Shown: positions 51,600-63,655 of the stretch, one piece after another
Numbering within the stretch: position 1 is the stretch's first letter
Layout: each line of letters opens with the position of its first letter
Origin: Octopus sinensis
Lineage: Eukaryota
Direction: 5' to 3'
Assembly: GCF_006345805.1 (NCBI RefSeq)
Contig: NC_043021.1
Span: forward strand, 10,044,001 to 10,108,000
DNA length: 64,000 nucleotides
Notes under the pieces: model-generated
What the model saw: only the letters and a program-made list of their open reading frames with translations
The model's database searches: none
Told to the model about the DNA's origin: nothing
Made by a program: the position numbers and the translations under genes

Positions 51600-52027
51600 G
51601 TCATCTTTCCATCCTTTCGGTGTCGGTGAAATGAAGCTACCTGGCTGTGAAGGGCTTGGATTGGCGGGGGGCGGGGGGGGGGGGCGTTCGAGGAGGATAT
51701 TGTTGAGTTCAAATCCCGCTGAGGTAAACTTTGCCTTTCAGTTTTTTTGGGGTTTTTTTTTTTTTTTTTTCGGACTGCATAAAATAAAAGACTTGTCAAG
51801 TATTTGGGATCGAGCACGCCGGGCGAAATGCTTAGCAGTATTTCGTCTGCCGTTACGTTATGAGTTCAAATTCCGCCAAGGTTGACTATGCCTTTCATCC
51901 TTTCGGGGTCGATAAATTAAGTACCAGTTACGCACTGGGATCGATGTAATCGACTAAATACCTATGTCTGTCCTTGTTTGTCCCCTCTGTGTTTAGTCCC
52001 TTGTGGGTAGTAAAGAAATAGGTATTC
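51600..52027 (+). mobile_element. Two SINE-B copies (diverged 51600-51760; intact 51810-52027)
   Basis: Family matches; the second copy ends AAAGAAATAGGTATTCG. Confidence 0.8.
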
Positions 52028-52259
52028 GGTATCGACTATTCCCTTTCTTCTCAAAATTGCTGGAAGCCATTGTATTTTATTATTGACAGGAATTTGCTTA
52101 CAATGGAGAACTTTGCTGTTTTTACTACTAGTGGTAGCAGTATTGGAGACGGCGACAGGGATTAGGCTAGTCATAATAGTTGGGGTTTTTTCAGTTTATT
52201 TATTTTATTATTATTACTCATGCAGTTGCCTTTCGTCATTTCGGCCTTGAAGGTAATAG

Positions 52260-52725
52260 GGCAATCTTTTGTCTCTAGTAGATCGCCAATAGGGCAATCT
52301 TTCGTCTCTAGTAGACCTTTCCGTCGATTTCCGTAAATTTTTTTTTTTTTTTTTTTACATATGGGCTTGCGGGAACTTTTGAAGTAATGAGAGCGAAAGA
52401 GACTAACAGAAAGCGATTGTATGACGAGGGAAATTCTTTTGAAGTTACCGTGCATGGGAGCATTGATGGACATGTGTGTGTGTGTGTGTGTGTTTGATGG
52501 GGTGTGGGAGACAGACAGTATGTTGTGTAAGTGAAGTGCTTCTGTTAGTGTGTGTGAAGAGACAGAGAGAGTAATGTGTGAAAGAAAGAGATAACTGAAA
52601 TTTTTTACTCGGTGTCTGTGTATATGTATGTATATTACTTCAAAAGTTCCCGCAAGCCCATATGTAAAAAAAAAAATTTTTTTACGGAAATCGACGGAAA
52701 GGTCTACTAGAGACGAAAGATCGCC
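52260..52725. mobile_element. MITE with about 95-bp TIRs and 8-bp TSD (Merlin-like GG termini, tentative)
   Basis: TSD GGTAATAG at 52252-52259 and 52726-52733; arms 52293-52388 and 52634-52725 are inverted; 33-bp duplication of the left end. Confidence 0.75.
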
Positions 52726-53869
52726 GGTAATAGTCATCTACCTTGCGGTATGCTGTGTTCGTTGCACTCTGAGTTCTTGGGTGTTTGACTCAATCCGTGT
52801 GGGCAATATCCTGTTTGACGTTCGTAAAATCATAGTGATCCAAAAAGTTTTATTTCAATAAAACATTTCATAATTATTATAAGTGTGGTAAGCACAACGA
52901 ACAGCGTGTAAAAAAATAGTGGGAAAATGTTAGGCTGATTTTGAACAGGTTCGCCCTGGGCACGTGAGAATTCTTCCACAATCCACGGCGGGCGCACCAA
53001 GCAATACAGGTCGCTGAATCTGACAAAAGATCGAGTCAGTGTCGTAATTGTATGCCTTTCATCGATTATTTTGCTAATCTATAAGCATATCGTTGGGATT
53101 CACAGTGAAAGCTAGGTGCAGAAGGGCGTGCACGAGACTTGCTAATCGAACTGCAAGGAAATTGAAACGAAAGCAAATTCGATTTTACGAACCTCAAATG
53201 GGCAAATTACCTCTCTTGCAGGCATAACACGCATCACCAATCACTAACTATCTTTTGCGGTGCCCAGTGTTGCAAGCATTTAAGGCTAGTTTAAGGATAA
53301 ACCTTTCTTCTTCACCAATCTTGGATGCCCTGGAAAAAATAAATATGTTATGTGGGGCGCTCTTTCCCACTTTTTACATAAGAATAAAACGATGGACAAA
53401 GGGAAGCAAATTGAGATCTCCACCTTTTGGAGAAGTTGATTATTAAAAAGTTGCAAACTCATGATTGGAATTTATTTTAATTTCAGCCAGTCAGATAAAA
53501 GTGGAGATTGCCATTTTCCCTCGCCATTTTGATTTTATTTTTCGGAGAGATGTTTTCACTCGCCATTTTATATTCCTTTATTTAACTGAGAAATTAATAG
53601 TGCATCGGAGAGAAAGAGACGGGGAAACTATTAATCAGCAAAAATCGTCAGCAGTCGATATTTAAAGCCCACTAGTAATAAAATGCAGTTGAATTTTATT
53701 GCTATGTTGTGGATTTTATTAAAATTATTAGACTGAAAATTTTCACAACAGAAGACAGGAAAGAGAAACCCTAATAAAACCAACTTCAGTATTCAACATG
53801 AGTACATAGACTCATACACACGCACAAACTATACATGCTTCACGTAGGTGTTCATACACCTATTGCTAT

Positions 53870-54290
53870 ACATAGGCTCTTGCTTCCTAACCACATGGTT
53901 CGGGTTCAGTCTTACTGCGTGCAACCTTGGGCAAGTGTCTTCTACTATAGCCTCGGGTCGACCAAATCCTTGTGAGTGAATTTGGTAGACGGAAACTGGA
54001 AGAAGCCCGTCGTATATATATATAGTATATATATATAGTGCCTAGTGATTAGAGCAGCGGTCGGGGGATCGCGGGTTCGAATCTCAGACCAGGCGATATA
54101 TATATATACACACACACACGTGTTTGTGTGTGTGTGTCTCCTACTACTGCTTGACAATCGGTGTTGGTGTGTTTATATCCCGGTAACTTAGCGGTTCGGC
54201 GAAAGAGGACGATAGAATAAGTACTAGGCTTAAGGAAATAAATACTGGGGTCGGCTCCAGCATGACCACAGTCAAACGGCTAAAACAAAT
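53870..54290 (+). mobile_element. SINE-A with a SINE-C head (about 54036-54095) inserted in its (TA)n tract
   Basis: Family matches. Confidence 0.8.
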
Positions 54291-54817
54291 AAACGGTAAA
54301 GATAAAGGTACATGTATTCAAGCAATGACAATTACTGCCTTCCTTTCATTTTCAAACGGTGTCGTTCGGTTTGTTTTGCTTAGTTTGCCATATTATATAT
54401 ACAAAGTCCGAAAAATAGGGTCATGGGCGTTGCTATTCCGCCCATAATTAAATGCTGACAAAACGAAAGCATAAAGACTAGCTTTGATGAAATTCATTAT
54501 ATTCATTGGATATAAATATCCTTTTACCTTAATTCGCGGTTTAAAGGCCACTCCCTCTAAACAAAACAAAAGTAACCCAGGGAAAACCAAGCTTGCGTCA
54601 TATGAACAAAAAGGTCAGGATATAGGTCACGGTTACGTAGTTCGAGAAAAGGGGCTTGCAAAACTGAAATGTGTCAGATAAGCTTGTGCACCTATCAACC
54701 GTTAAATACAGTGAGAGATTGTCCTTCCTCTACCTCCATTTCTCAATGTGGTGACCTTGTTAGAAAGTTTTGTAATTAATACTTGAAATGCAGCATAATT
54801 AGAAACAATTGCTATTA

Positions 54818-55299
54818 CAGTGACCCCTCGTTTATCGCGGTAGATTGGTTCCGAGACCGGCCGCGATAACTGAATTCCTGCGAAGTAGGGACACCATATT
54901 TACAGTGTTTATTTAACGTGTATTTGGACTTTTAAAACCCTCCCTATACTGTTAACAACTCGCCCATTACAGTAGTCTATTAATAATAAGGACAACCGTT
55001 AAGCAATAACACTTTAGATTTTAAAAAAATAAAGATTGTTATTGTTACACAGGCCAGATTACAAAATAGAAAGCTGTGATTCGTCGTCTCTCCATTGCAC
55101 CAATCACAGCCCGTCTTAAGTTCAAATACCCTTGTATATGCTTTTTTGCTATTTTACACTTGTTTTGTTGTTCCTAGACTAGGAAATAATATTTATTATT
55201 AATATTTTAATGGATTTAGTGAAAAATTTTAGGCGTTCACATAGATATGTATTTTAAAAATCCGCGATAGTTGAACTGCGAAGTAGCGAGGGATCACTG
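54818..55299. mobile_element. Tigger/pogo-like MITE, 482 bp
   Basis: TIRs CAGTGACCCCTCG / CGAGGGATCACTG; TA flanks at 54816-54817 and 55300-55301. Confidence 0.88.
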
Positions 55300-55554
55300 T
55301 AATATTAACTGAGAGAGCATTTTTAATAAGCATGATATCTCCAGATAACTCCTTCCTGTCTTGAAAAGAAATATTCTATCCTCTTTCCCCACCCACAAAA
55401 AGTTGTGGGAGGGAAACACCTTCCACTGTATGAGTAATAGATAAGCCATCATGGTTTGGCTAATCCCTGTCACCACTCCCTACATCACCATTCGCTGCAG
55501 CCGTAAAGCTCTCATTGTAACCAAATCGTTATTAATATTAAAATGCTATTAATT

Positions 55555-55775
55555 GGCTACGAACTGGCAGAATTATTAGCATGTTGGGGCACACTGCCTA
55601 GTGGCATTTTGTTCATTTTTACGTTCTGGGTTCAAATGTCACTGGAGTCATCTTTGCCCTTCATCCTTTTGGGGGCAATAAAATAAGTACCAGTTGATCA
55701 CTGGGAATCGATGTAATTGCCTTAACCCCTTCCCTGAACTTACTGGTCTTGTGCCAAAATTTGAAAGCAATATTA
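55555..55775 (+). mobile_element. SINE-B short-tail copy, CpG-eroded
   Basis: Family match with most CpG replaced by TG/CA. Confidence 0.7.
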
Positions 55776-56038
55776 AATATATATATATATATATACATAC
55801 ATATATATATGCACATACATATATACTTATCTTTTCTCTTTTGTAGGTTTGTTCAGCTGACACATGCGCTAAAATTCCCTGAACTGTTACAACGTATTGT
55901 ATTTTTTCATCAGTGAAAAAAATATTACTTAAAGTAGTCAGAGACACACACACGAACACCAAGTCAGATACAAAGAAAGAGAGATAGAGAGAGAGAGACA
56001 GACAGACACTCAGATATTTAACTCGAGAGAAAACAAAA

Positions 56039-56950
56039 ATGGCTCCTAATCTGATAACCCGAGAGCAGAATGTGGATGATGTATCTTCTGAGAACTCCGC
56101 TCCTGAAGAACCCAAGAAAGTCCCAAGGCCTCATCACCAGTTACCAACCATTGTTATTGTATCTCAGGACACTGCATATGATCAACTCTTGCCAAGGCAA
56201 TCCCTCTACCTTGATTATCCATATCATTGTACACAACAGCATTACTGGCGGTCAAAGAAGGCGACGTTTCTGTTCTCCATTGTCATATTGGTCCTCCTGG
56301 CACTGTTTTGTATAACCATTATAGCAACCACTAATATTGTGAAACAAGTGAAACAATCCAACAAGAATCTAGCTCTGGTTGTTGAAACTTCTTGTGGACC
56401 GGTTGACGGGGAGTACGACGGTAAGAACTTTGTCTTCCGTGGGATACCTTATGCTGTACCGCCTACTGGGAGTCAGAGATGGAGCCAGTCAATTCCTAAT
56501 ATGTCCTCTGGTCAGTGTCAGCTGAAAGGGCAAGCTGTTGACAGTACTAAATCTATTTTATGTTCCCAACGAAACTTCCAAAACGGCAACATAGTTGGTC
56601 AAGAAGACTGTCTCTATCTCAATATTTGGCTACCAAAGAGATTGCTCAAAGAAACAACAAACCTACCTGTTATTGTTATAATGCAAGGTGAAGGGCAGAA
56701 CTTGGACAGTGATGAAGAAGACTTTGGTGCAAAACGGTTTGAACCAATTCGTACATTGATGTCGAAAGGTGAAGCTGTGCTTGTGAGTGTTAACTACAGA
56801 CTGGGTGTGTTTGGCTTCCTGGCAGTTGATTCTGATGAACAAAACACAACTTCAGCAAGAATAAATGGAAATTATGGATTGATGGACCAGATCCTCGCTT
56901 TACAGTGGATCAAAGAAAACATTGAAGATTTCCATGGAGACCCTAACTTA
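56039..56950 (+). CDS. Type II membrane carboxylesterase/cholinesterase-like (neurotactin-like) protein, coding exon 1 (304 codons)
   Basis: AAAAATGG start; about 75-aa N-tail; TM FLFSIVILVLLALFCITIIA; motifs CGPVDG, FRGIPYAVPP, EDCLYLNIW, NYRLGVFGFL, GNYGLMDQILALQWIKENI..FHGDPN; phase-0 donor TTA|GTAAGT. Confidence 0.93.
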
Positions 56951-57711
56951 GTAAGTTTCCTCTACAAAATTGATTTCCTTTTATATGTTTTATTTCCAGC
57001 GTTTCAATGAATTGTCTTCAGAGTTGTAGTGTTAGAGGAACCCCTGGATTGCCTGAGTACTTTAAGCCCTCACACAACCTCTCGGCTGTGATGTGGATGT
57101 TTGGTCAACTTTGCAGAAGTATAGAAGAGAAAATTATCTTTAGAGTAGAAATATCTATGGGATTATGAATATTGTAATTTTATTGGTGGAAGAAGCTGTT
57201 GTTTTATGACTCTTGAGAGGTGGGTGGTTTATGTTGAAATAAAAGGTGTGCGGGGGACATGTTACTTATACTGTGACTAAACTAACTGATGTCTTAGTAT
57301 TAGAGGCTTGATGAAGAAATTATTTTAACTACTAGAGTTGTTGTTATTGATGATGTCTAGCTGTGATTGTACAGGTCTGTTTAAATTCATTTTCAGTGTG
57401 ATTTAAGGGAGATTTGGCTGCTGTTTGAAGCAAATAGGGAGACCTCATAAAGGCTCCCTTATTCATTTAAAACCACTGAAGATAATTTATAAAAATGTAC
57501 AGAAGTTTAATCTTGGTTTCTTTGTATTGTTAAGTTCCTTAATTAAAAATAACTTAGAAAAAAAGTCTTTAAAAACTTGCCAGGGTTTTTCTAAATTGGG
57601 GAGATTAAAGTAGAGGAAGGAAGACTGTTTTAGGATATTTCATGTTATAAATTCATAGAAAATATGATCTGGTGAATTTTTTAATACAAGAATGGCTTGT
57701 TTTGCTTTTAG

Positions 57712-58036
57712 GTAATTGTGTATGGTGAGTCGAGTGGCACCGAGACATTATCGGGTCTACTTAAAAGCCCCAAATCCAAGAACCTGTTTCAAGGAATGTT
57801 TGCTGTTGATCCTGCGTGGCTGCCTATCAAGACTTTGGATGATGTTAAAGACCTCAACAACATAGCTTTATCGAAGACCACATGCCAGAAAGATGTCGAA
57901 TGCTTGAGGAAACTGGATACAAGTCAAATAATTGAAAGTTTTTCTGTGAGTGAACCAGAGAAACAAAGCTCCCTCCATGCAGAGCTGAAGCAGTACTTAT
58001 ATCCATACCACCACAATTTAGCACTGACTATTGATG
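57712..58036 (+). CDS. Coding exon 2 (contains the GESSG nucleophile elbow)
   Basis: Acceptor TTTGCTTTTAG|; GDPNL|VIVYGESSG matches the canonical GDPxxVTxFGESAG; ends LTID(G) with a phase-1 donor G|GTAAGT. Confidence 0.92.
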
Positions 58037-58564
58037 GTAAGTTAAAGAGAAACTGTTTTATTTGTGTGGTTTTTAATTCCTTCGAGTTCTTTTTGCTTAT
58101 TGGTTCAGTGGATAAGGTATCTGGTGGTCTCTTGTTGCAGGGAAGCAGGTTGAAGACCAGTTAGGAGGTGGTGCGAAAACTTAACTTAACCGAGCTGTGT
58201 GGTGCCAAGTCATGAGATAGAAGCTGTCCTGTCCAGTGTTGTGACATGGGAGGTGAAGCTAGAGTGGTGTTGGATATAACTTAGCTGACTCGACTGCCTG
58301 TGACATTAGTCTGGCATGTCTTGCGGTAAATGTATGCAATACAACCGATCAAGTTCAGGACAGGTATGTCCTTGAGGTCAGGTGGTGTTAGATTGATACA
58401 TCTCACATGATGCTTACTCAATACCACACACCTTTTATTTCCTACTGTGAGTTTTGATCTTTTAACCTTTTTTTTTTTTTTACCCACATGTTCACCCACC
58501 CCATACACTCTTTTTTTTGTTTTCACTTGAAAGCTCTAACGTCTTTATATCTGATTCCTTTCAG

Positions 58565-58636
58565 AAAATACTTTGTTCTTTGATGAGAAGGAAGAAATGT
58601 CTAATTACCAACAACCCAATGTTCCTGTTTTTATTG
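58565..58636 (+). CDS. Coding exon 3 (72 bp)
   Basis: Acceptor TTCCTTTCAG|, donor G|GTGAGT; phase 1-1; encodes ENTLFFDEKEEMSNYQQPNVPVFI, matching the canonical VPxxIG. Confidence 0.85.
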
Positions 58637-59227
58637 GTGAGTATCACTTGATGTAGGCACAAGGATCCTCTTCATGAGATCTATATTTCCTGTGAATACA
58701 CAAATAAGTCCTGTGTTGTGTTGGGAATAACACCATGGTGATTGCTCTGAGAATTTAGGACTGGAAACTTGTAAATATTCATTACTGGTGATTACCACAT
58801 ACACTCTGGTGGTTTAATCCTCTAGCTTTCAAACTGCCTCTAATATCCTACATGTTTTATGTTCAAACTAGCCTGATCTGGCTTCTTGCAACATATCCTA
58901 CAATGCCATTCTAAAAATAAGCATCATCAAAATCTGAAAAGTATGAGGTAGTGCATGATTAACTCCAAACATTATGAATAAATTAGCATTACATTTGACA
59001 GAATAATCTGAAGGCTTTACTGAAAGAAAACCATTGTGTATATATATATATGTGTGTGTGTGTGTATGTATGCTTGTGTCTTCTTGTCTTGACATTACCT
59101 GGAAGCTGTAAAAAGATTGTCATACAAGAACTTCTTCACACCTTTGCCTATGCATGTTTGTGTATATATGTATATATATATATATATTTGTGTGTATGTA
59201 AAACTTTGTCATCTTTTCTATTTCCAG

Positions 59228-59772
59228 GGCAAGTTTGTCACCATCTCTGTATTACTGGAAAAGACAAACTAAACAGCAATGCCAAGCATATTGGCCAGCT
59301 GTTCAACATGGAACCAAAGACAATGCAACGCGCTATGAAACTCTACAACGCACAAGGAGATAGAATAAAGGCCAAAGCTGACATTGTCAGCGAGATGGCA
59401 TTTGATATCAAAATGTGTCAGACCGAGAAATTCCTACGTAGTGCTAACTTTCCAAACTACTATTTGGTTTCCCTTCCCAGAAACTCTCTAGTCCATGGTT
59501 GCGGCAGCAACAGCAACAACAACAGAAAACACAGCTCGTCGTTTCTGTGCTCTGACAACTTACACAAGGAACTCTCCACCAAAACATCAAAAGTAACAAA
59601 TGCTAAAGCTGATCTCCGTCTCTTGTGGAATGACATATTCTTACAGATAACCGAACAGCATCCTTCTGGCCCTCTTGGCCATAAAGATGGTGACCATGTT
59701 GTCTCAGTTGCTCCTGATTCCGTGAACAGTGTATGTCATTTTTGGGACCATCACAAACCTTTTCAGTTTTAG
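59228..59772 (+). CDS. Coding exon 4 (terminal)
   Basis: Acceptor TTTTCTATTTCCAG|; phase-compatible GQVCHHL..; LVHG; ends ..VCHFWDHHKPFQF* (CxFW closes the COesterase domain). Total CDS 1854 nt = 617 aa. Confidence 0.85.
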
Positions 59773-60374
59773 AGTTCTTTATTTATTTATTTCTATTTTT
59801 GTAAAAAGAGTATATGTGTATGCGTTTATGCGTTTGTAAACGCATATACAGACAGTTGTTTTTGTATATAGTTTTTTTGTTTTTGTTGTTGTTTACGGAA
59901 CTTCCAAATAATGTTTGCTTCTGTTTAAAGAGGGAAAAAAATCCTTTATAAAATTAAATTAATCTGGAGAATGAGTATGCGTATGCTTACATACACACAC
60001 TTTTATCAACACATATACACTCTATTGGAAATAGCAATTTTTTTTTTTTAAAGTTATATCAGCTTGACATTAAAACTGCAGTGAGAATTAACCAGGAGTT
60101 TATAGAAGGGGATGGGTGATTTGATAAAGTAAATTCCATGGATCAGTTCTCTTTCATACTTTACTGTAGCATTTTGGTATTGTTCCTCTGTGTAAATTGC
60201 TTTTATGAAATAGAATTAAATAATTAAAAAAAAGCAAAAACTAAGAATGAAAAATCTATGATGAATCTCAGAAAAATAAGTCATATTTTTTGGAAGAAAA
60301 GTTCTGATAGTGGCGGGAGATACCACTGAAAGAAATAATTGATATAAGTGCAAAATGGGGTTACTAGTATTATT

Positions 60375-60595
60375 AAAGTGGTGAGCTGGTAGAATTATTA
60401 GTACACTGGGCAAAATGCTTAGCGCATTTCATTCATCTTTATGTTCTGAGTTCAAATTCTACTGGGGGAAACTTTGCCTTTCATCCTTTCAGGGGTTGCT
60501 AAAATAAATACCAGCTGAACACTGAAGTCAATGTAATTAACTGGTCCCATCTTCCCTCAAAATCTCAGGCCTTGTTCCTATGGCAGAAAAGATTA
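60375..60595 (+). mobile_element. SINE-B short-tail copy, CpG-eroded
   Basis: Family match; only 1 CpG remains. Confidence 0.75.
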
Positions 60596-61947
60596 TTGTT
60601 GTTGTTATGTTCTGGTTTTGTAACTAGGGGAGGGGATAAAAATAACATTTTGGTGATCTGAAAAATCAGTTATGTGTTTATGTGCGGATTGCTACTAATT
60701 CAGCAAATAACACATATAAAGTATTTATGTCCCGTTGCAACAAATGAAGTAGATATTCTGCAGATTGTGTGTGTGTGTGTAGTAGTAGTAGTAGTAGATG
60801 TGACAGTATGTAATGTAAGAGAATTTTAGATCACAGTTTTATGTAGAAATTTTAACCACTTTTAAATGGATTTTTAACCACAGTTTTATGTGGTTTTTTA
60901 GATAAGACATCCTCATCATCATCATCATCATCATCACACAGTATTTCAAAGACCCCGTGCTGACCCAGCAAATTCTCTTCCGCATGCAGAGTGCACATGT
61001 GCAAAGTCATGCTGTCACTATGATTAACAAGCGAGTGTGAAAACTACTTGCTTCAAAGTAACTGGTTGTTTCATAGTTACTCCTGTTTTGAAATTAATAA
61101 TATATAATTGTCTTTGGACAGTTGGAAATTTAAGCAGTGTCTTAATAAATCTCCGTTCTAGGCTTTATTGAAGCATGTATATATGTGTGCATATATATAT
61201 ATATATATTATATTCTTGTTTCATATGCTTCAATGGACAAATTGTTTGTGTCTTAAAGTGATAGTTAACCAATGAACAAAAAATATTTTCTCTGATGTGC
61301 TATTTCTTTCTTTGATACTGTATTTTACACGAAATAACATTACGGGCAAATAAATTTTTTGTGATTTGCTCCACCATTCCATATATTTATATATATATAT
61401 ATTGGGCTAGCTTAGCCTTTAATGCTGATATAACTATCTCTACTCCATGGAAATTGAATCTCTGCTGCCTAACTCTCACTTATTTATTCTCATGTGAAGT
61501 TATACTGTTTCCATGTTCAGAATCTTTCACGACACAATGATTATAGCCACATACAATTGCTATGCAATTATGAATCTAATCTGTTAAGAGGTTGCCTTAT
61601 CTTATTTAAGATGACACTATGCTGCCTTTTTTTATTTGATGCACACAGAATAAAGAGATGGAGATAGACTATGTATATACTTGGCTATTTAAATTAAATT
61701 GCTGCTCCTATTCACTATTATCACTGCTTGCTACTATTACTACTACTACAACAACACAGGCTTGTAAAAAAAAGAAAAACCAGTTACTCTTTAGTGACTA
61801 TATTTTGGTCTAATATGAGAAGTTCTTCGTCTACACATACTACACACACACACAAGTGTTTTATTCAGGAAACTATTTTATTAGAAAAAGAGAAAAAATA
61901 AGTGGCAAATTAATATTGATACAATAAATATACTCACCCTTGCTGGA

Positions 61948-61987
<40 letters not shown>

Positions 61988-62150
61988 CATATAAATAAGG
62001 ATAAGATCATTAATTTAAATATCGATCTTATCAAGTGGCCAGCATGGGAATAAAAACCTTCAAAGGTAATAATTATTATTAAAATTATAATTTAGGGTAT
62101 CTAAGAGATACCGCCACGCTGGAAATAGCTATTTCCAGGGTGGCAGAAAT

Positions 62151-62199
<49 letters not shown>

Positions 62200-63529
62200 T
62201 TGAATGAAATTAATGTACTCAAGCTATTTAAACAAAATTTAAGATCTTTTTTTTTTCTTGTAGTTACACTTAGATGATTGCTTATTAATATAGCATTATG
62301 ATTGATCGAGCAGATAACTAGCTAGCTGTAACATCCCTTTTAAGCAAAGATGGATTTTCAACAGCACAAATTGTGAATTCTGCTGAAGTGAAAAACATGT
62401 ATACTGCACTCTTAAAGTGTAGAAATCTGCACTATAAGTGTGCATCATTTAAAAGCAAAGATCCACTTTGATAAACGTTTCACTGTTGTACTGGGTACAA
62501 ACCTTTAGCCAACTGTAAATTGCATCTTTTCTGCCCCACTTACCTTAAATTACCACTTATATCTTGTAATTTTATTTTTCTTCAGTCTGGTAGAACTAAA
62601 TATAACTGCATGGAGATTAAAATTGTCAAATATCTGCAAACAAAGAAAATATAGAGAAAAAATGGTGTTTTATTACTATAACAATTGCTACTACTTCTAG
62701 TACAGTGTATTTTTTTTCTCCCCTCTGAGTTAACATTCCATACAAAATGTCGCTTCTACGTCATAGCAATATATTGGTGACTTAGTTGTGAACAAAGAGA
62801 AAGGGAGAATTTTTTTTTTTTTTAATTAATCAAATCTGAATTGGTTGGTGGTGTGACATTGTAGATTCCGTCTCGTTATGAGGAATCCATGTCTAGTCAG
62901 TTTCAGTTGTGAAAAATCCGGTGAATTTCTGAAAGTTGAATGTTGTTGTTAGTTATAAAGCCCCAGGTTGATCCTGATTAAATAGACCCAAGAAGAAGAA
63001 AAAAAAAAGCATTGATGCCTTTATCATTCCACACCTAGGTCTGTAATATCCACATTCTTCTTTTTCCGTCTTACAGACAGTAGGTATATGATTTGAAAGA
63101 GGTTTGATTGCTGCTTCTAGTAGGTCAAGCAACCACACAAACGCCTCTTTCTATGGCATTTGAAATGTTTCATATCCGGTGAAGAACAACGTTCTGTCTA
63201 CTATAATAAAGACACTGACCACCACCTCCATTTGAATAGTTACTCTTTATTGAAGGACAAACTGCTTCCTATTGCTGCAGCCAGACTTAAACAGAAGCCA
63301 TTGTAAATTATCATGTCTCATTTCTCTAGTATTAAAAAGATTAAAGACTCTGTCATATTTTTTTTATTTCTCACACAAAATCTGTTGTCAGTTTTTATTT
63401 TTTGTTGATATCAAAAATTTTACAATGTAAATAAATAAAAAAAAAAGTCAGTTTTGAAAGATATATATTTGTTGTCTTGTTTCTTTTCATTTATCAATGT
63501 GTGTGTATTGGTGGGGAGGGTTTTAGAGT

Positions 63530-63655
63530 TTCTGGTTAAACCACACGGCAGTCCTACTGCATGGTACCTTCGGCAAGAGTCTTTAACAATAACTCTGGGC
63601 CAACCAAAGCCTTGTGAGGGGATTTGTTAGGTGGAAACTGAAAGAAGCCCATTGT
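63530..63655 (+). mobile_element. SINE-A 5' fragment, CpG-eroded
   Basis: gcatggtacc (vs gcgtggcacc), gccaacc (vs gccgacc), cccattg (vs cccgtcg). Confidence 0.75.

Noticed and set aside
52985-53200. Possible snRNA/7SK/RNase P-like ncRNA
   Set aside because: No recognisable conserved boxes or Sm site by eye; kept only as a possible promoter island.
56951-57010. Single-exon 323-aa ORF ending ..VSFLYKIDFLLYVLFPAFQ*
   Set aside because: Read-through into an intron; the GTAAGT donor at 56951 joins in frame to the GESSG exon.
59773-63440. Specific polyadenylation site for the gene
   Set aside because: Several AATAAA hexamers (about 60503, 61348, 61649, 62049, 63430) cannot be ranked from sequence alone.
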